A stretch of 41,161 nucleotides of DNA, taken from the IMG/VR virus record IMGVR_UViG_3300032218_004113, positions 1 to 41,161 of that record, one strand, 5' to 3'. Below, piece by piece: positions 25,501 to 33,493 of the stretch. The number at the start of each line of letters is the position of its first letter. Position 1 is the stretch's first letter. The stretch is from a virus. Lineage: Duplodnaviria > Caudoviricetes. The position numbers and the translations under genes are program-made. The notes beneath the pieces were generated by a model, which worked only from the letters and a program-made list of their open reading frames with translations, was not told the origin of the DNA and did not search any database.

Positions 25501-27074
25501 TTGGCGATGTTCTTGGGATTACGACCATTGGTGCAACTTCTGTTGGAAGCAATGCAAGATTGTCTGTGGTTTCTATTGCAAGTACCAATCAACTTATTCT
25601 TGATAATGTTCAAGGTGATTTTGAAACTGGAATTGGAAAAACATTACGTTATACAAATAGTTCTGGCATAACAACTGATCTGAATAAGTCTGTTGGAGTT
25701 GCAGTAACAGTATCGGAAATAATCACAGAATCGGACGGATTACATATCTTGGTTAATCACAGAAATCATGGAATGTATTTCAATCAAAATTATGTAACTA
25801 TTTCTGGAGTTGAATCTGATATTGCGCCAACAAAATTAAGTCTTGCATATAATTCAGATTCAACATCAGCAATTTCTGTGGATAGTATTTCAAACTTTAC
25901 TACATTTGAAAATGTTGGAGTTGGAACAACTAATTTAGGATATGTTTTAATTGGCGATGAAGTAATTTCCTATACTTCTACCTCTGGTGGTACACTTGGA
26001 GGTACTATTGTTAGAGGATCAAATCCTAAAAATTATCCCGCAGGAACTCCTGTTTATAAGTACGAATTATCTGGCGTATCTTTAAATAGAATTAATATTA
26101 CTCATAATCTTGAGGATGTAACAGTATCAAATCCAATTAATTTTGATTCTTATAACATTAAACTCGATATGTCATCTAATGGAAATGATAGATCTGTTGG
26201 TACAGGTTTCCCCAAACTTTACCTTAACAAATCCAAATCAACGGGCGGATATAATACTAAAGCAACTCAAAATATTCCTTTTGAATTAGTTACTCCAATG
26301 ATTCAAAATCTAACCGTTCAAGGAACATCATTGAGTGCTGAAATAAGAACAATAACAGGACAAAGTATTAGTGGAAATGAAGTTCCCTATGCTAATAATG
26401 GATTTGAATCTATTTCAGTAAATAAAACAAATTATCTTGATAGTACAAGAATAATCGCTTCTAAAGTAAATGAAGATGCAAATCTTACTAATTTGCCAGG
26501 AAGCAAATCTTTGGATATGAGACTTCTTCTGAGCACTATTGATAGTAGATTAAGTCCTGTTATCGATACTCAAAGAGTAAGTTTAATAACTACCTCAAAT
26601 AGAGTAAATAGTGCAATTACAGATTATGCAGCTGACAATAGAGTTAATAGTATTGCAGATGATCCTACAGCATTCCAATATCTTTCCAAAGAGATTACTT
26701 TAGAAAGTCCTGCATCTTCAATTCTTCTTTTGACAAATGCAAATATCAATATTTACTCAGATATTCGTGCTTTTTATGCAATTGGAGAAAATCAAAACTT
26801 TACTCCAATTTTCGTACCATTCCCAGGATATATGAATTTAGATGTGAAGAAGCAGGTTATTAATCCAACAAACAATGATGGACGCCCAGATAGTTATGTT
26901 TCCCCATCAACCGCATTGGGATTCCTTCCACAAAATCTTGAATATAAAGAATATTCATTCAGCGTTGATCAATTGCCAACATTTAGATCATATAGAATTA
27001 AGATTGTCTTGACTTCAACAAATCAGACATATGTTCCAAGATTAAAAGATCTTAGAGTTATTACTCTTGCTTGA
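19596..27074 (+). CDS. large virion structural protein, VrlC-like (DUF4815-type), 2492 aa
   Basis: N-terminal NLNVAPYFDDFD..YYKVLFKPGYAVQARELTTLQSILQNQ, APGADRLK, LARRTY.ESGDY, FKSGFFVDNF, DPLAQSF, GSLFKSQN; typical position after gp8 in cyanomyoviruses. Confidence 0.85.
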   Translation: MSQQTNLNVAPYFDDFDANNDYYKVLFKPGYAVQARELTTLQSILQNQIEKFGQHFFKEGAKVIPGNTAYNSFYYAVELNNTYLGVPVSAYADQLVGAKITGQTSGVTAVVEKILSPNESERGNITLYVSYIGSSTQNNSTKEFSDGESLSSNTTITSGLLGNTTISAGTPFAITVANNATSTGSAFSITEGVYFIRGQFVNVVSETLILDQYTNKPNYRIGLFVNEEIVNADADEALNDNSQGFNNYSAPGADRLKISVSLFKKSLNDFNDNNFVELATIKDGVLRTLKQTADYNLIEDELARRTYSESGDYYVSPFDVSVKESLNDGLGNRGIFNAGQFTYAGSTPSDDLAIYQISPGKAFVKGYEIETISPTFLDLPKPRTTKTLENQSINYNTGPTLKLNRVYGSPTIGIGNTYVLSLRDQRVGSAQTTAPGKEIGVARVYDFRLESGSYSTSNANTNQWNISLYDVQTTTEITVNEAITLAIPTFVKGNSSGATGFLKDAVSNSKSLVLYETNGNFVPNESLTFNGIANGRVSTAVTSYGISDIKSVYGIVGSASTFTADTIQSTGYTIGIATISTYSGGISTVTSSNTQFPGKIINPGNLIQYTDTSQPYKVFARVVSVGSTTVTVTQVQSVSGITSSILPSSSLSVTDLQILTTGLEFSTDNTLYTTLPKNNISSIDLTNASLTIRKSFTVNISGNQLSTPVSAGTNETFLPFDEERYSLIRSDGTTEVLTSDKFAFISGSTQLQIYNLGSNNTGATLVATLTKSKPKSKIKRKNRVNSIIIDKSIYSYSGTGTTTVNDGLVYGNYPYGTRVQDEKISLNTADIINIHGIYESLGTSNPSAPTIVLSSISGPSTKTTDLIIGEKFVGQSSGAIGIYAERLTDSQISFILKNQNGFKEGETITFEESKVSAIVTTLNSSSSNVSSNFTFGSGQKGTFYDYGYITRKSKIQEPSRKLKVYFTNGYYESSDDGDITTANSYTTFDYSKEIQSIDVSRNTDIIDIRPKVSDYVVTSGARSPLEFYGRTFNSSGNSAANILASDESIIATFSFYLGRIDRIYLSKDGRFQIKFGTPGEKLTRPDVIDDSLEVAAVTLPPYLYNASQASIEFLQHKRFTMADIKKIEDRVKSLEYYTTLSLLESNTSNLFVSDAQGLNRFKSGFFVDNFSTYLPQENSVEFKNSIDLKNNELRARHYTNSIDLIPGPVTNVDPTEDLAFTAVEGNNIRKTGDIITLDYAEVEWLKQTFATRKESVTPFLISFWQGSLELTPASDTWVDTVRLDAKIINVEGNFDSTMQLAVRQFNVDPQTGFAPTVWNAWETVWTGSSSSSSTSSWTETSSSSNSWTTGGWINGGEGSAQLWTANSTTTTTFQETTTTTTSWGTSSRTGTTTFVTEQFENTSVGDRVVSRNIVPYMRSRNIEFVSKKVKPLTQLYAFFDGVDVTRYCIPKLLEISMVSGTFQVGEKVIGTSRLTGLGPNSQTLSPSITFRVAQSNHREGPYNLPTITYPQNPYTNQVLQPTYSSTSNILNVDTFSLASQFQGEYSGWVESGMILVGQTSGAQATITNVRLISDLSATLIGSFFIPNPNILNNPRFATGDKVFTLVNNNLNDQNAATTIAEEGFISDGTIETVQENIVSVRNARIQNKQEFQSIAVSSSSSSSSGGAIGSNTTTTISDPTWYDPLAQSFTVEDETGIFLTRCDVFFSSKDDNDIPVTFQLRTMQNGFPTQKVLPFSEITLDPGQINISSDSSIATSFIFKSPVYLEGNTDYCICLSSNSTKYSVYISRIGENDLLTQTYISNQPYLGSLFKSQNAATWEASQWEDMKFVLYRADFLSSGNVEYYSPELTEGNGQIPTLLPNSLNTNSRRIRVGLGSTLQDSGLTLGNTVSQYGTNATGNYVGSAGVAYTTLNIINAGIGYTPSSGSLTFNNVNLTTITGNGRNATANITISNGIAIGATISNGGTGYQIGDVLGITTIGATSVGSNARLSVVSIASTNQLILDNVQGDFETGIGKTLRYTNSSGITTDLNKSVGVAVTVSEIITESDGLHILVNHRNHGMYFNQNYVTISGVESDIAPTKLSLAYNSDSTSAISVDSISNFTTFENVGVGTTNLGYVLIGDEVISYTSTSGGTLGGTIVRGSNPKNYPAGTPVYKYELSGVSLNRINITHNLEDVTVSNPINFDSYNIKLDMSSNGNDRSVGTGFPKLYLNKSKSTGGYNTKATQNIPFELVTPMIQNLTVQGTSLSAEIRTITGQSISGNEVPYANNGFESISVNKTNYLDSTRIIASKVNEDANLTNLPGSKSLDMRLLLSTIDSRLSPVIDTQRVSLITTSNRVNSAITDYAADNRVNSIADDPTAFQYLSKEITLESPASSILLLTNANINIYSDIRAFYAIGENQNFTPIFVPFPGYMNLDVKKQVINPTNNDGRPDSYVSPSTALGFLPQNLEYKEYSFSVDQLPTFRSYRIKIVLTSTNQTYVPRLKDLRVITLA

Positions 27075-27075
27075 T

Positions 27076-27303
27076 ATGAAATACTTAAAAGTTGAGGGAC
27101 ATCCCAATCTATTGAGGGATCCAAATACAAATTGTATTATTAATACTAATATGTCAGAATATCAAGAATATGTTTTAAGACGTGAAACAAAAAATGATGA
27201 GAATCAAAAGATACAAAATCTTGAATCTGATGTTGCTAATATGAAAGGTGATCTTGACGAAATAAAATCTTTACTTAGGAGTTTGATTAATGGATCCAAA
27301 TAA
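27076..27303 (+). CDS. small hypothetical protein with C-terminal coiled coil (probable start ATG 27076)
   Basis: KVEGHPNLLRDPNT..IIN followed by heptad pattern IQNLESDVANMKGDLDEIKSLL. Confidence 0.8.
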   Translation: MKYLKVEGHPNLLRDPNTNCIINTNMSEYQEYVLRRETKNDENQKIQNLESDVANMKGDLDEIKSLLRSLINGSK

Positions 27304-27472
27304 AATAGAACTTGAAAATTTGAGTAAGAGTTTTGAATATTTTAAAATTGCTTCAGAAATAGATAATATAGAAGACATTGAACAAATTAAAACTATTGCA
27401 AAATGTTATTGTAAACTATACTTAAAGCAGCAAGAGGTAGTATTGTCTTTGGCAATTTCTTCGACACCCTAA
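27290..27472 (+). CDS. hypothetical protein, 60 aa
   Basis: AGGAG SD; overlaps previous ORF; helical pattern ending KLYLKQQEV. Confidence 0.75.
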   Translation: MDPNKIELENLSKSFEYFKIASEIDNIEDIEQIKTIAKCYCKLYLKQQEVVLSLAISSTP

Positions 27473-27475
27473 ATA
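27469..27475 (+). promoter_or_regulatory. late promoter
   Basis: CTAAATA 20 nt before gp13, followed by SD GAGG. Confidence 0.65.
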
Positions 27476-27495
27476 TCTTAAGAGGTATTATATAA

Positions 27496-28341
27496 ATGGC
27501 GCAACCATCTACCAGACAAGAATTAATAGATTATTGTAAAAGAAAACTGGGGGCGCCAGTTTTGGAAATCAATGTAGCTGATGAGCAAATTGACGACCTT
27601 GTAGATGATGCCATTCAATTTTTTCAGGAACGCCATTTTGACGGCGTTTATCCAGCATTTTTTAAATATCAATTTACTCAACAAGATATTGATAGAGGAA
27701 GAGCAAGGGGTAATAATTCAAGTGTTGGAATTGTAACTACAACCGTAAATACTACTATTGTAGGTGCTGCAACAACTTTTAAATACGAAGAAAATAGTAA
27801 TTATTTGCAAGTTCCGCCAGGAGTTATTGGAGTAAATAAAATATTTCAATTTGATGGATCAAATAATATTACCCATAATATGTTTAGTGTTAAATATCAA
27901 TTATTTTTAAATGATGTTTACTATTGGGGTACAACTGAACTTTTGTCATATGCAATGGTCAAGACATATCTTGAGGATCTTGATTTTTTATTGAATACTC
28001 AGAAGCAAATTCGTTTTAATAAAAGACAAGATAGACTATATCTTGATATTGACTGGGGATCAGTGACAGTAGGTAATTATATTGTTTTAGACTGCTATGC
28101 AATTTTAGACCCAAATGATTATAGTAGAGTCTGGAATGATTCTTTTATCAAACCATATTTAACTTCACTAATCAAACGTCAATGGGGACAGAATTTAATC
28201 AAATTTAGTGGTGTTAAACTTCCCGGCGGAGTAGAGCTCAATGGTCGCCAAATGTATGATGATGCACAAAGAGAGATTGATATTCTTATGGAAAAAATGT
28301 CAAATACTTACGAACTTCCACCTTTAGATATGATTGGTTAG
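27496..28341 (+). CDS. gp13: neck protein gp13
   Basis: RKLGAPVLEINVADEQIDD, KRQWGQNLIKF.GVKLPGGVELNG. Confidence 0.95.
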   Translation: MAQPSTRQELIDYCKRKLGAPVLEINVADEQIDDLVDDAIQFFQERHFDGVYPAFFKYQFTQQDIDRGRARGNNSSVGIVTTTVNTTIVGAATTFKYEENSNYLQVPPGVIGVNKIFQFDGSNNITHNMFSVKYQLFLNDVYYWGTTELLSYAMVKTYLEDLDFLLNTQKQIRFNKRQDRLYLDIDWGSVTVGNYIVLDCYAILDPNDYSRVWNDSFIKPYLTSLIKRQWGQNLIKFSGVKLPGGVELNGRQMYDDAQREIDILMEKMSNTYELPPLDMIG

Positions 28342-28345
28342 TCTT

Positions 28346-29758
28346 ATGCTTAATCCATTTTTTCAGCAAGGATCAAGGGGAGAGCAAAATTTAGTTCAAG
28401 ATTTGATTAATGAGCAATTGAGAATGTATGGAGTTGAAGTTTATTATTTGCCCAGAAAATATCTAACAGAAAAAAAAGTATTGAGAGAGGTTATTCAATC
28501 TGCATTTGATGATGCATATCCAATTGAAGCTTATGTGAATAATTATGAGGGATATGGAGATAATCCGACTATCTTATCAAAATTTGGAATACAGGCATTA
28601 AATGAACTTACAATTACTATTTCGAAGGAAAGATTTGAAACATATATCTCACCTTTAATTAAAAATAAAGAAGATATCAAATTATCAACACGTCCAAAAG
28701 AGGGTGATTTAATTTATTTCCCTTTAGGAGATCGTTTGTTTGAAATAAAGTATGTTGAGCATGAAAAACCATTTTATCAACTTCAGAAGAATTATGTTTA
28801 CGAATTAAGATGCGAATTGTTCAGATATGAGGATGAAGTAATTGACACAAATATCAGTGAAATAGATGATACTATTGGGGGAAGTAATTTTGTCGGAGAC
28901 GATTCAAGTAATATTTCTGGATCAATACAAACATTAACTCTTGTGGGAACTGGTGTAACGGCATCTGCTGTCACTACATTGGTCAATGGAGGAATAAGAT
29001 ATTTTACTGTTACAAATAGGGGAGGAGGTTATTCGTCGCCACCAAGAGTTGCAATTTCTTCTGCTCCAACGGGGGGAATAACCGGAGTTGGGTCAGCCAC
29101 AATGATCGGTGGAATTGTTGTATGTAATAGTAATGTTAACCCAAATTTAAAATCAGTACAATCAGTTGAAGTTATCAATCCTGGATATGGATATACTATA
29201 GCACCAAAAGTTGCATTTTTTGGTGATGGTAATGGGGCAACAGCAACAGCAACAATTGGTAATGGTGTAATTGGAATAGTTACAATTACCAATGGTGGTT
29301 CTGGATATACTTCATCCCCCCAGATTACATTTACGGGCATTTCATCAGTGTCAGCTGCTGCAACGGCAGTTGTAAGTGCTGGAGGATCTATTACCCAAAT
29401 AAGAATAACAAATGCTGGTCTTGGATATACTCAAGTACCAATTATCACTATCGAAAATCCATCACTAACATCTGTTGGCAGTTATATTTTTAATGAGATT
29501 GTAACAGGTTCAATAAGTGGTACGACTGCAAGAGTAAGGTCTTGGAATTCGATTACAAATAATCTTGAAGTTTCTAATGTGTCCGGAGAATTTATAGTTT
29601 CAGAAACAATTATAGGATCTGATTCTAGTGCTTCCCATAAATTGAGAATAATTAATACAAATCCAGTTGATGATGGATTTGCTGACAATACAAATATAGA
29701 GATTGAATCTAGTTCAATCATAGATTTTAGTGAAGCAAATCCCTTTGGGATGCCATAG
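28346..29758 (+). CDS. gp14: neck protein gp14 with internal GxGY-repeat insertion (probable start ATG 28346)
   Basis: EQNLVQDLINEQLRMYG, RPKEGDLIYFPL, FEIKYVEHEKPFYQL, terminal DFSEANPFG. Confidence 0.93.
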   Translation: MLNPFFQQGSRGEQNLVQDLINEQLRMYGVEVYYLPRKYLTEKKVLREVIQSAFDDAYPIEAYVNNYEGYGDNPTILSKFGIQALNELTITISKERFETYISPLIKNKEDIKLSTRPKEGDLIYFPLGDRLFEIKYVEHEKPFYQLQKNYVYELRCELFRYEDEVIDTNISEIDDTIGGSNFVGDDSSNISGSIQTLTLVGTGVTASAVTTLVNGGIRYFTVTNRGGGYSSPPRVAISSAPTGGITGVGSATMIGGIVVCNSNVNPNLKSVQSVEVINPGYGYTIAPKVAFFGDGNGATATATIGNGVIGIVTITNGGSGYTSSPQITFTGISSVSAAATAVVSAGGSITQIRITNAGLGYTQVPIITIENPSLTSVGSYIFNEIVTGSISGTTARVRSWNSITNNLEVSNVSGEFIVSETIIGSDSSASHKLRIINTNPVDDGFADNTNIEIESSSIIDFSEANPFGMP

Positions 29759-29766
29759 TATAAATA
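29759..29766 (+). promoter_or_regulatory. late promoter, exact T4 consensus
   Basis: TATAAATA; a second TTAAATA at 29780-29786. Confidence 0.8.
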
Positions 29767-29807
29767 TATTTTATTATGATTAAATATTAGTAAAGAAATT
29801 TATCACA

Positions 29808-30809
29808 ATGTTTGAGTATTTTTATAACGAAATTTTAAGAAGAACTGTAATTTCTTTTGGTTCTCTATTTAATAACATAGAAATAAAGCATAATGATTCT
29901 TCCGACAATGTAGTCAGTGTAATAAAAGTTCCGCTTGCATATGGTCCAACTCAAAAGTTTTTGGCAAGACTTGACCAATCTGCAGATTTAAGTAAAAAAA
30001 CTCAAATAACATTACCAAGAATGTCATTTGAGTTTACTGGATTAACCTATGATGCAACAAGAAAAGTTACAACTACTCAAACATTTACTGTAAAAGATCC
30101 AACAAACGGAACAGAGACAAAAAAAGCATTTATGCCTGTTCCATATAATATGCAATTTGAATTGAGTATAATGTCCAAACTCAATGACGATTGCCTTCAA
30201 ATTGTTGAACAAATTTTACCATATTTTCAACCAGCATATACTCTTACTATTGATTTAGTGCAAAGTATTAATGAAAAAAGAGATATTCCAATTGTTTTGG
30301 AAAATATTACTATGCAGGATGATTATGAGGGCGATTTTACTACAAGGAGAGTTCTTCTTTACACATTAAGGTTTACTGCAAAAACATATCTATTTGGACC
30401 AATTTCCTCTGCTACCAAAGATATTGTCAAAAAGACAACTATCAGTTACATTACTTCTACAAATACTTCTACCCCAACAAGAGAAGTTGTATATTCAGCA
30501 GAACCAAGAGCTATCAAAAACTATACAGGTACAGTTCTTACAAATATTACCAAAGATATTACAACGGAAGATGTTCTAATTACCGTAAATGATGCAAGTT
30601 TAATTTCTACGAATACCTATTTGGAAATTGAAGGAGAAGAAATTTATGTCAGATCTAAATCAGGAAATGTTCTTACAGTTGACAGAGGTAAAGATGGAAC
30701 AGGTATTATTTCCCATCTCTCTGGTGCGGAAGTAAAATCAATCACTTCCGCAGACAATCTTTTAATTCAAGATGGGGATGATTTTGGATTTAGTGGAACT
30801 ACAACATAA
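29808..30809 (+). CDS. gp15: tail sheath stabiliser / tail terminator gp15
   Basis: YFYNEILRRTVISFGSLFNNI, VPLAYGPTQKF, LPRMSFE, QIVEQILPYFQP. Confidence 0.95.
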   Translation: MFEYFYNEILRRTVISFGSLFNNIEIKHNDSSDNVVSVIKVPLAYGPTQKFLARLDQSADLSKKTQITLPRMSFEFTGLTYDATRKVTTTQTFTVKDPTNGTETKKAFMPVPYNMQFELSIMSKLNDDCLQIVEQILPYFQPAYTLTIDLVQSINEKRDIPIVLENITMQDDYEGDFTTRRVLLYTLRFTAKTYLFGPISSATKDIVKKTTISYITSTNTSTPTREVVYSAEPRAIKNYTGTVLTNITKDITTEDVLITVNDASLISTNTYLEIEGEEIYVRSKSGNVLTVDRGKDGTGIISHLSGAEVKSITSADNLLIQDGDDFGFSGTTT

Positions 30810-30817
30810 TAGATGAC

Positions 30818-31252
30818 ATGAAAATGACAAAAAAATTTGATAGTTTGAATGAAACTTTTAATGTTAATGGAGAAATAGTACCAAACGATTCAAAAATCAT
30901 AGAAGAAAAAATTGAAAAAGTAATATCTCCTATAGATGATATTAAAAAAGATTATGAATATACAAGAGGAAATTTATATTCTCTTATAGAAAAAGGGCAA
31001 GAGGCAATTAATGGAATTCTTGAACTTGCCCAAGAAAGTGAGATGCCAAGAGCATATGAAGTTGCTGGGCAACTAATTAAAAATGTAGCTGATGCAACCG
31101 ATAAATTGATGGATCTTCAAAAGAAACTTAAAGATATTGAAGAGGAGAGAGTTTCCAAAGGTCCAACAAATGTCACAAATGCTTTATTTGTTGGGTCTAC
31201 TGCGGAGTTATCCAAACTATTGAAGAATGGACTAACTCAAGAAGATAAATAA
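30818..31252 (+). CDS. gp16: terminase small subunit gp16 (start may be 30824)
   Basis: DYEYTRGNLYSLIEKGQEA, PRAYEVAGQLIK, NALFVGSTAEL. Confidence 0.93.
   Translation: MKMTKKFDSLNETFNVNGEIVPNDSKIIEEKIEKVISPIDDIKKDYEYTRGNLYSLIEKGQEAINGILELAQESEMPRAYEVAGQLIKNVADATDKLMDLQKKLKDIEEERVSKGPTNVTNALFVGSTAELSKLLKNGLTQEDK
31245..31251 (+). promoter_or_regulatory. late promoter for the 738-aa gene
   Basis: ATAAATA overlapping the gp16 stop, 8 nt before ATG 31260. Confidence 0.6.
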
Positions 31253-31259
31253 AAATAAA

Positions 31260-33476
31260 ATGCAAAAATTGAAGCCTCATCTTTCAGTTCAACAAATTGC
31301 AAAAAAGCATCGTCTTGATGTTTCTTTTATTCAAAAGCAACTGGATATGGGCGAACCAATTGAACATGAGCATACTAAAGATCATACTCTTGCAATGAAT
31401 ATTGCTCTTCAGCATTTGGATGAAATTCCGGATTATTATACTCGCTTAAAAAAGATGGAATCATCTGCGAAAAAGGAGCATAAAAAATTTAAAGATGTAA
31501 AAGAATATGCAGAATTAGGTGATACAGATGATGATAGAGATTCTCCATTAATGAAGCACTCCGTACATTCGGACCATATTGAATATGCCAAAAGATATTG
31601 TCCAAAGTGTAAAAAAGTTCAGATGAGAAGTGAATGTAAATATGGACCAAAATGTTGGGATATATTTTCAATACCCGAAAAACTAAAGGAGGAAACCATG
31701 CAAAAAGAACAAAGATATTGTCCGCTCTGCGATAAAAGAGAAACACGTTCAGAATGTTCTTATGGCGGAAAAGCATGGGATAAGGTTTCTGTAAAGGATC
31801 ATGAATATTCTATGGCACGTTCAGAACTTGATACTTTGATGAAGGCAGCACAAAGAATCAAAAATAAAGTTGGTAAAGGTGAAGGTAGTTTAGAGGCATG
31901 GGTTCAGTCAAAAATTACCAAAGCAGCAGACTATATTGATACGGCAGCAGATTATATTGATAGTGGAGAAATGGAAGAAGCAGCAAATCCTGCTCAACAA
32001 GCAGCAATTGCAATTAGTATGAAAAAGAAAGGAATAAAACCAAAATCAGAAGTTGAAGAGGCATGTTGGGTTGGATATAAGCAAGAAGGTTTAAAGAAAA
32101 AAGGTAAAAAAATGGTTCCAAATTGTGTTCCGACAAATGAAGCAAAAGCACTTGGATTTGAAATCAAAAAATCATCAGGCGCAGGTGCATTAACTCCTGA
32201 TGCAGCAAAACAACTTGGAGATAAAGCAGTAGAACTTCAAAAGAAAAAAGCAGCAGCAGTTTCTTTACCAAAAGTAAAGGAAGAAAAACTTGTTGACAAA
32301 ATTCTTGGCGAACTTCAGGAAGCATCAAAATCTGGAGATTCTTCTCTTCATGATTGGTTTTCAAAGAGTAAATCATCTAACGGAAAACCTGGGTGGGTTC
32401 AATTGGGTGGCAAATATGCAGGAAAACCTTGCGCAAAGCAACCTGGACAAGATACAAAACCAAAGTGTGGTTCATCCAAAATGGCTGCAGAAATGTCTCC
32501 TGAAGAAGAGAATGCTGCTGCAAGGAGAAAAAGAAGAGAAGATCCAAATCCAGAAAGATCTGGCAAGGCAAAAAATGTTGCAACTGAAGAAGTTGTAAAT
32601 GAAGATGCCTGCAAAGAGAAAGTAAAATCAAGATATAAGATTTGGCCAAGTGCATACGCATCAGGGGCACTAGTTAAGTGTCGCAAAGTCGGAGCTTCAA
32701 ACTGGGGAAATAAAACTAAAAAGGAAGATGTAACTATTGAAGATGCAAATGGAAATACTTTTGCAGAAGTTGTTGATGTTATTAAACCAGAACCAATTAA
32801 GGGATTCAAGTCTCAAATTGAAGAGGCAACACGTCTTCAAGCAGAGACTGGAAATATTATTGCAGTAATTTTAAGTTGGAGAGGAAAAACATATTCTATC
32901 AGAATGTTTTTCCCACAAGCAGGAATGCCATCAAAAAAAGATGTAACTACAGAAATTCAAAAGGTATATCCCGGAGCAATTGTTCTTCAATTTAATGTTT
33001 CAACACTTCAACCAGGAATGCCTTTGATTCAAGTTGTAAATTCCAAATCAAAAAATTATCTTTTGAATAATAAAACAATTGGTGAAGAAACTGCAGTTAT
33101 TGAAAAACCAGCAACAAAAGATGAGAAAAGAAAAATTGCATTAATACAAAAACTTGCAAGATTGAAAGCCGCTGCAAAGGCACCTGCTATCGTTTCCGAT
33201 ATTGCAACAAAGGAAGAATTTGAACTCGAAGAAGTTGCTGCATGGCAAAGAAAGGAGGGAAAAAATCCCAAAGGTGGATTAAATGAAAAAGGTCGCAAAT
33301 CTTATGAAAGAGAGCATCCTGGAAGTAATTTGCAAAGACCACAACCAGAAGGAGGATCACGTAGAAATTCATTTTGTGCTCGTATGAAGGGTATGAAAAA
33401 GAAATTGACTTCAGCAAAAACTGCAAACGATCCTGATTCAAGAATTAATAAATCACTTAGAGCTTGGAACTGTTAA
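31260..33476 (+). CDS. mosaic multi-module Lys-rich protein, 738 aa; putative prohead-protease-processed internal head polyprotein
   Basis: Sits between gp16 and gp17; short distinct modules separated by [VLIM]-x-E sites; two CxxC..C repeats; C-terminal WQRKEGKNPKGGLN..SFCARM..RAWNC module. Confidence 0.85.
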   Translation: MQKLKPHLSVQQIAKKHRLDVSFIQKQLDMGEPIEHEHTKDHTLAMNIALQHLDEIPDYYTRLKKMESSAKKEHKKFKDVKEYAELGDTDDDRDSPLMKHSVHSDHIEYAKRYCPKCKKVQMRSECKYGPKCWDIFSIPEKLKEETMQKEQRYCPLCDKRETRSECSYGGKAWDKVSVKDHEYSMARSELDTLMKAAQRIKNKVGKGEGSLEAWVQSKITKAADYIDTAADYIDSGEMEEAANPAQQAAIAISMKKKGIKPKSEVEEACWVGYKQEGLKKKGKKMVPNCVPTNEAKALGFEIKKSSGAGALTPDAAKQLGDKAVELQKKKAAAVSLPKVKEEKLVDKILGELQEASKSGDSSLHDWFSKSKSSNGKPGWVQLGGKYAGKPCAKQPGQDTKPKCGSSKMAAEMSPEEENAAARRKRREDPNPERSGKAKNVATEEVVNEDACKEKVKSRYKIWPSAYASGALVKCRKVGASNWGNKTKKEDVTIEDANGNTFAEVVDVIKPEPIKGFKSQIEEATRLQAETGNIIAVILSWRGKTYSIRMFFPQAGMPSKKDVTTEIQKVYPGAIVLQFNVSTLQPGMPLIQVVNSKSKNYLLNNKTIGEETAVIEKPATKDEKRKIALIQKLARLKAAAKAPAIVSDIATKEEFELEEVAAWQRKEGKNPKGGLNEKGRKSYEREHPGSNLQRPQPEGGSRRNSFCARMKGMKKKLTSAKTANDPDSRINKSLRAWNC
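31591..31790 (+). repeat. duplicated Cys-rich module with a 120-bp period
   Basis: RYCPKCKKVQMRSECKYGPKCWD versus RYCPLCDKRETRSECSYGGKAWD; DNA AAAGATATTGTCC at 31591 and 31711. Confidence 0.85.
31923..31964 (+). repeat. 21-bp imperfect tandem repeat encoding AADYID(T/S) twice
   Basis: GCAGCAGACTATATTGATACG / GCAGCAGATTATATTGATAGT. Confidence 0.8.
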
Positions 33477-33493
33477 TAAAATAAAATTATATT

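Noticed and set aside
19590-27495. Absence of gp9-gp12 and wac between gp8 and gp13 as a novelty
   Set aside because: A large VrlC-like gene at this position is the usual arrangement in cyanomyoviruses
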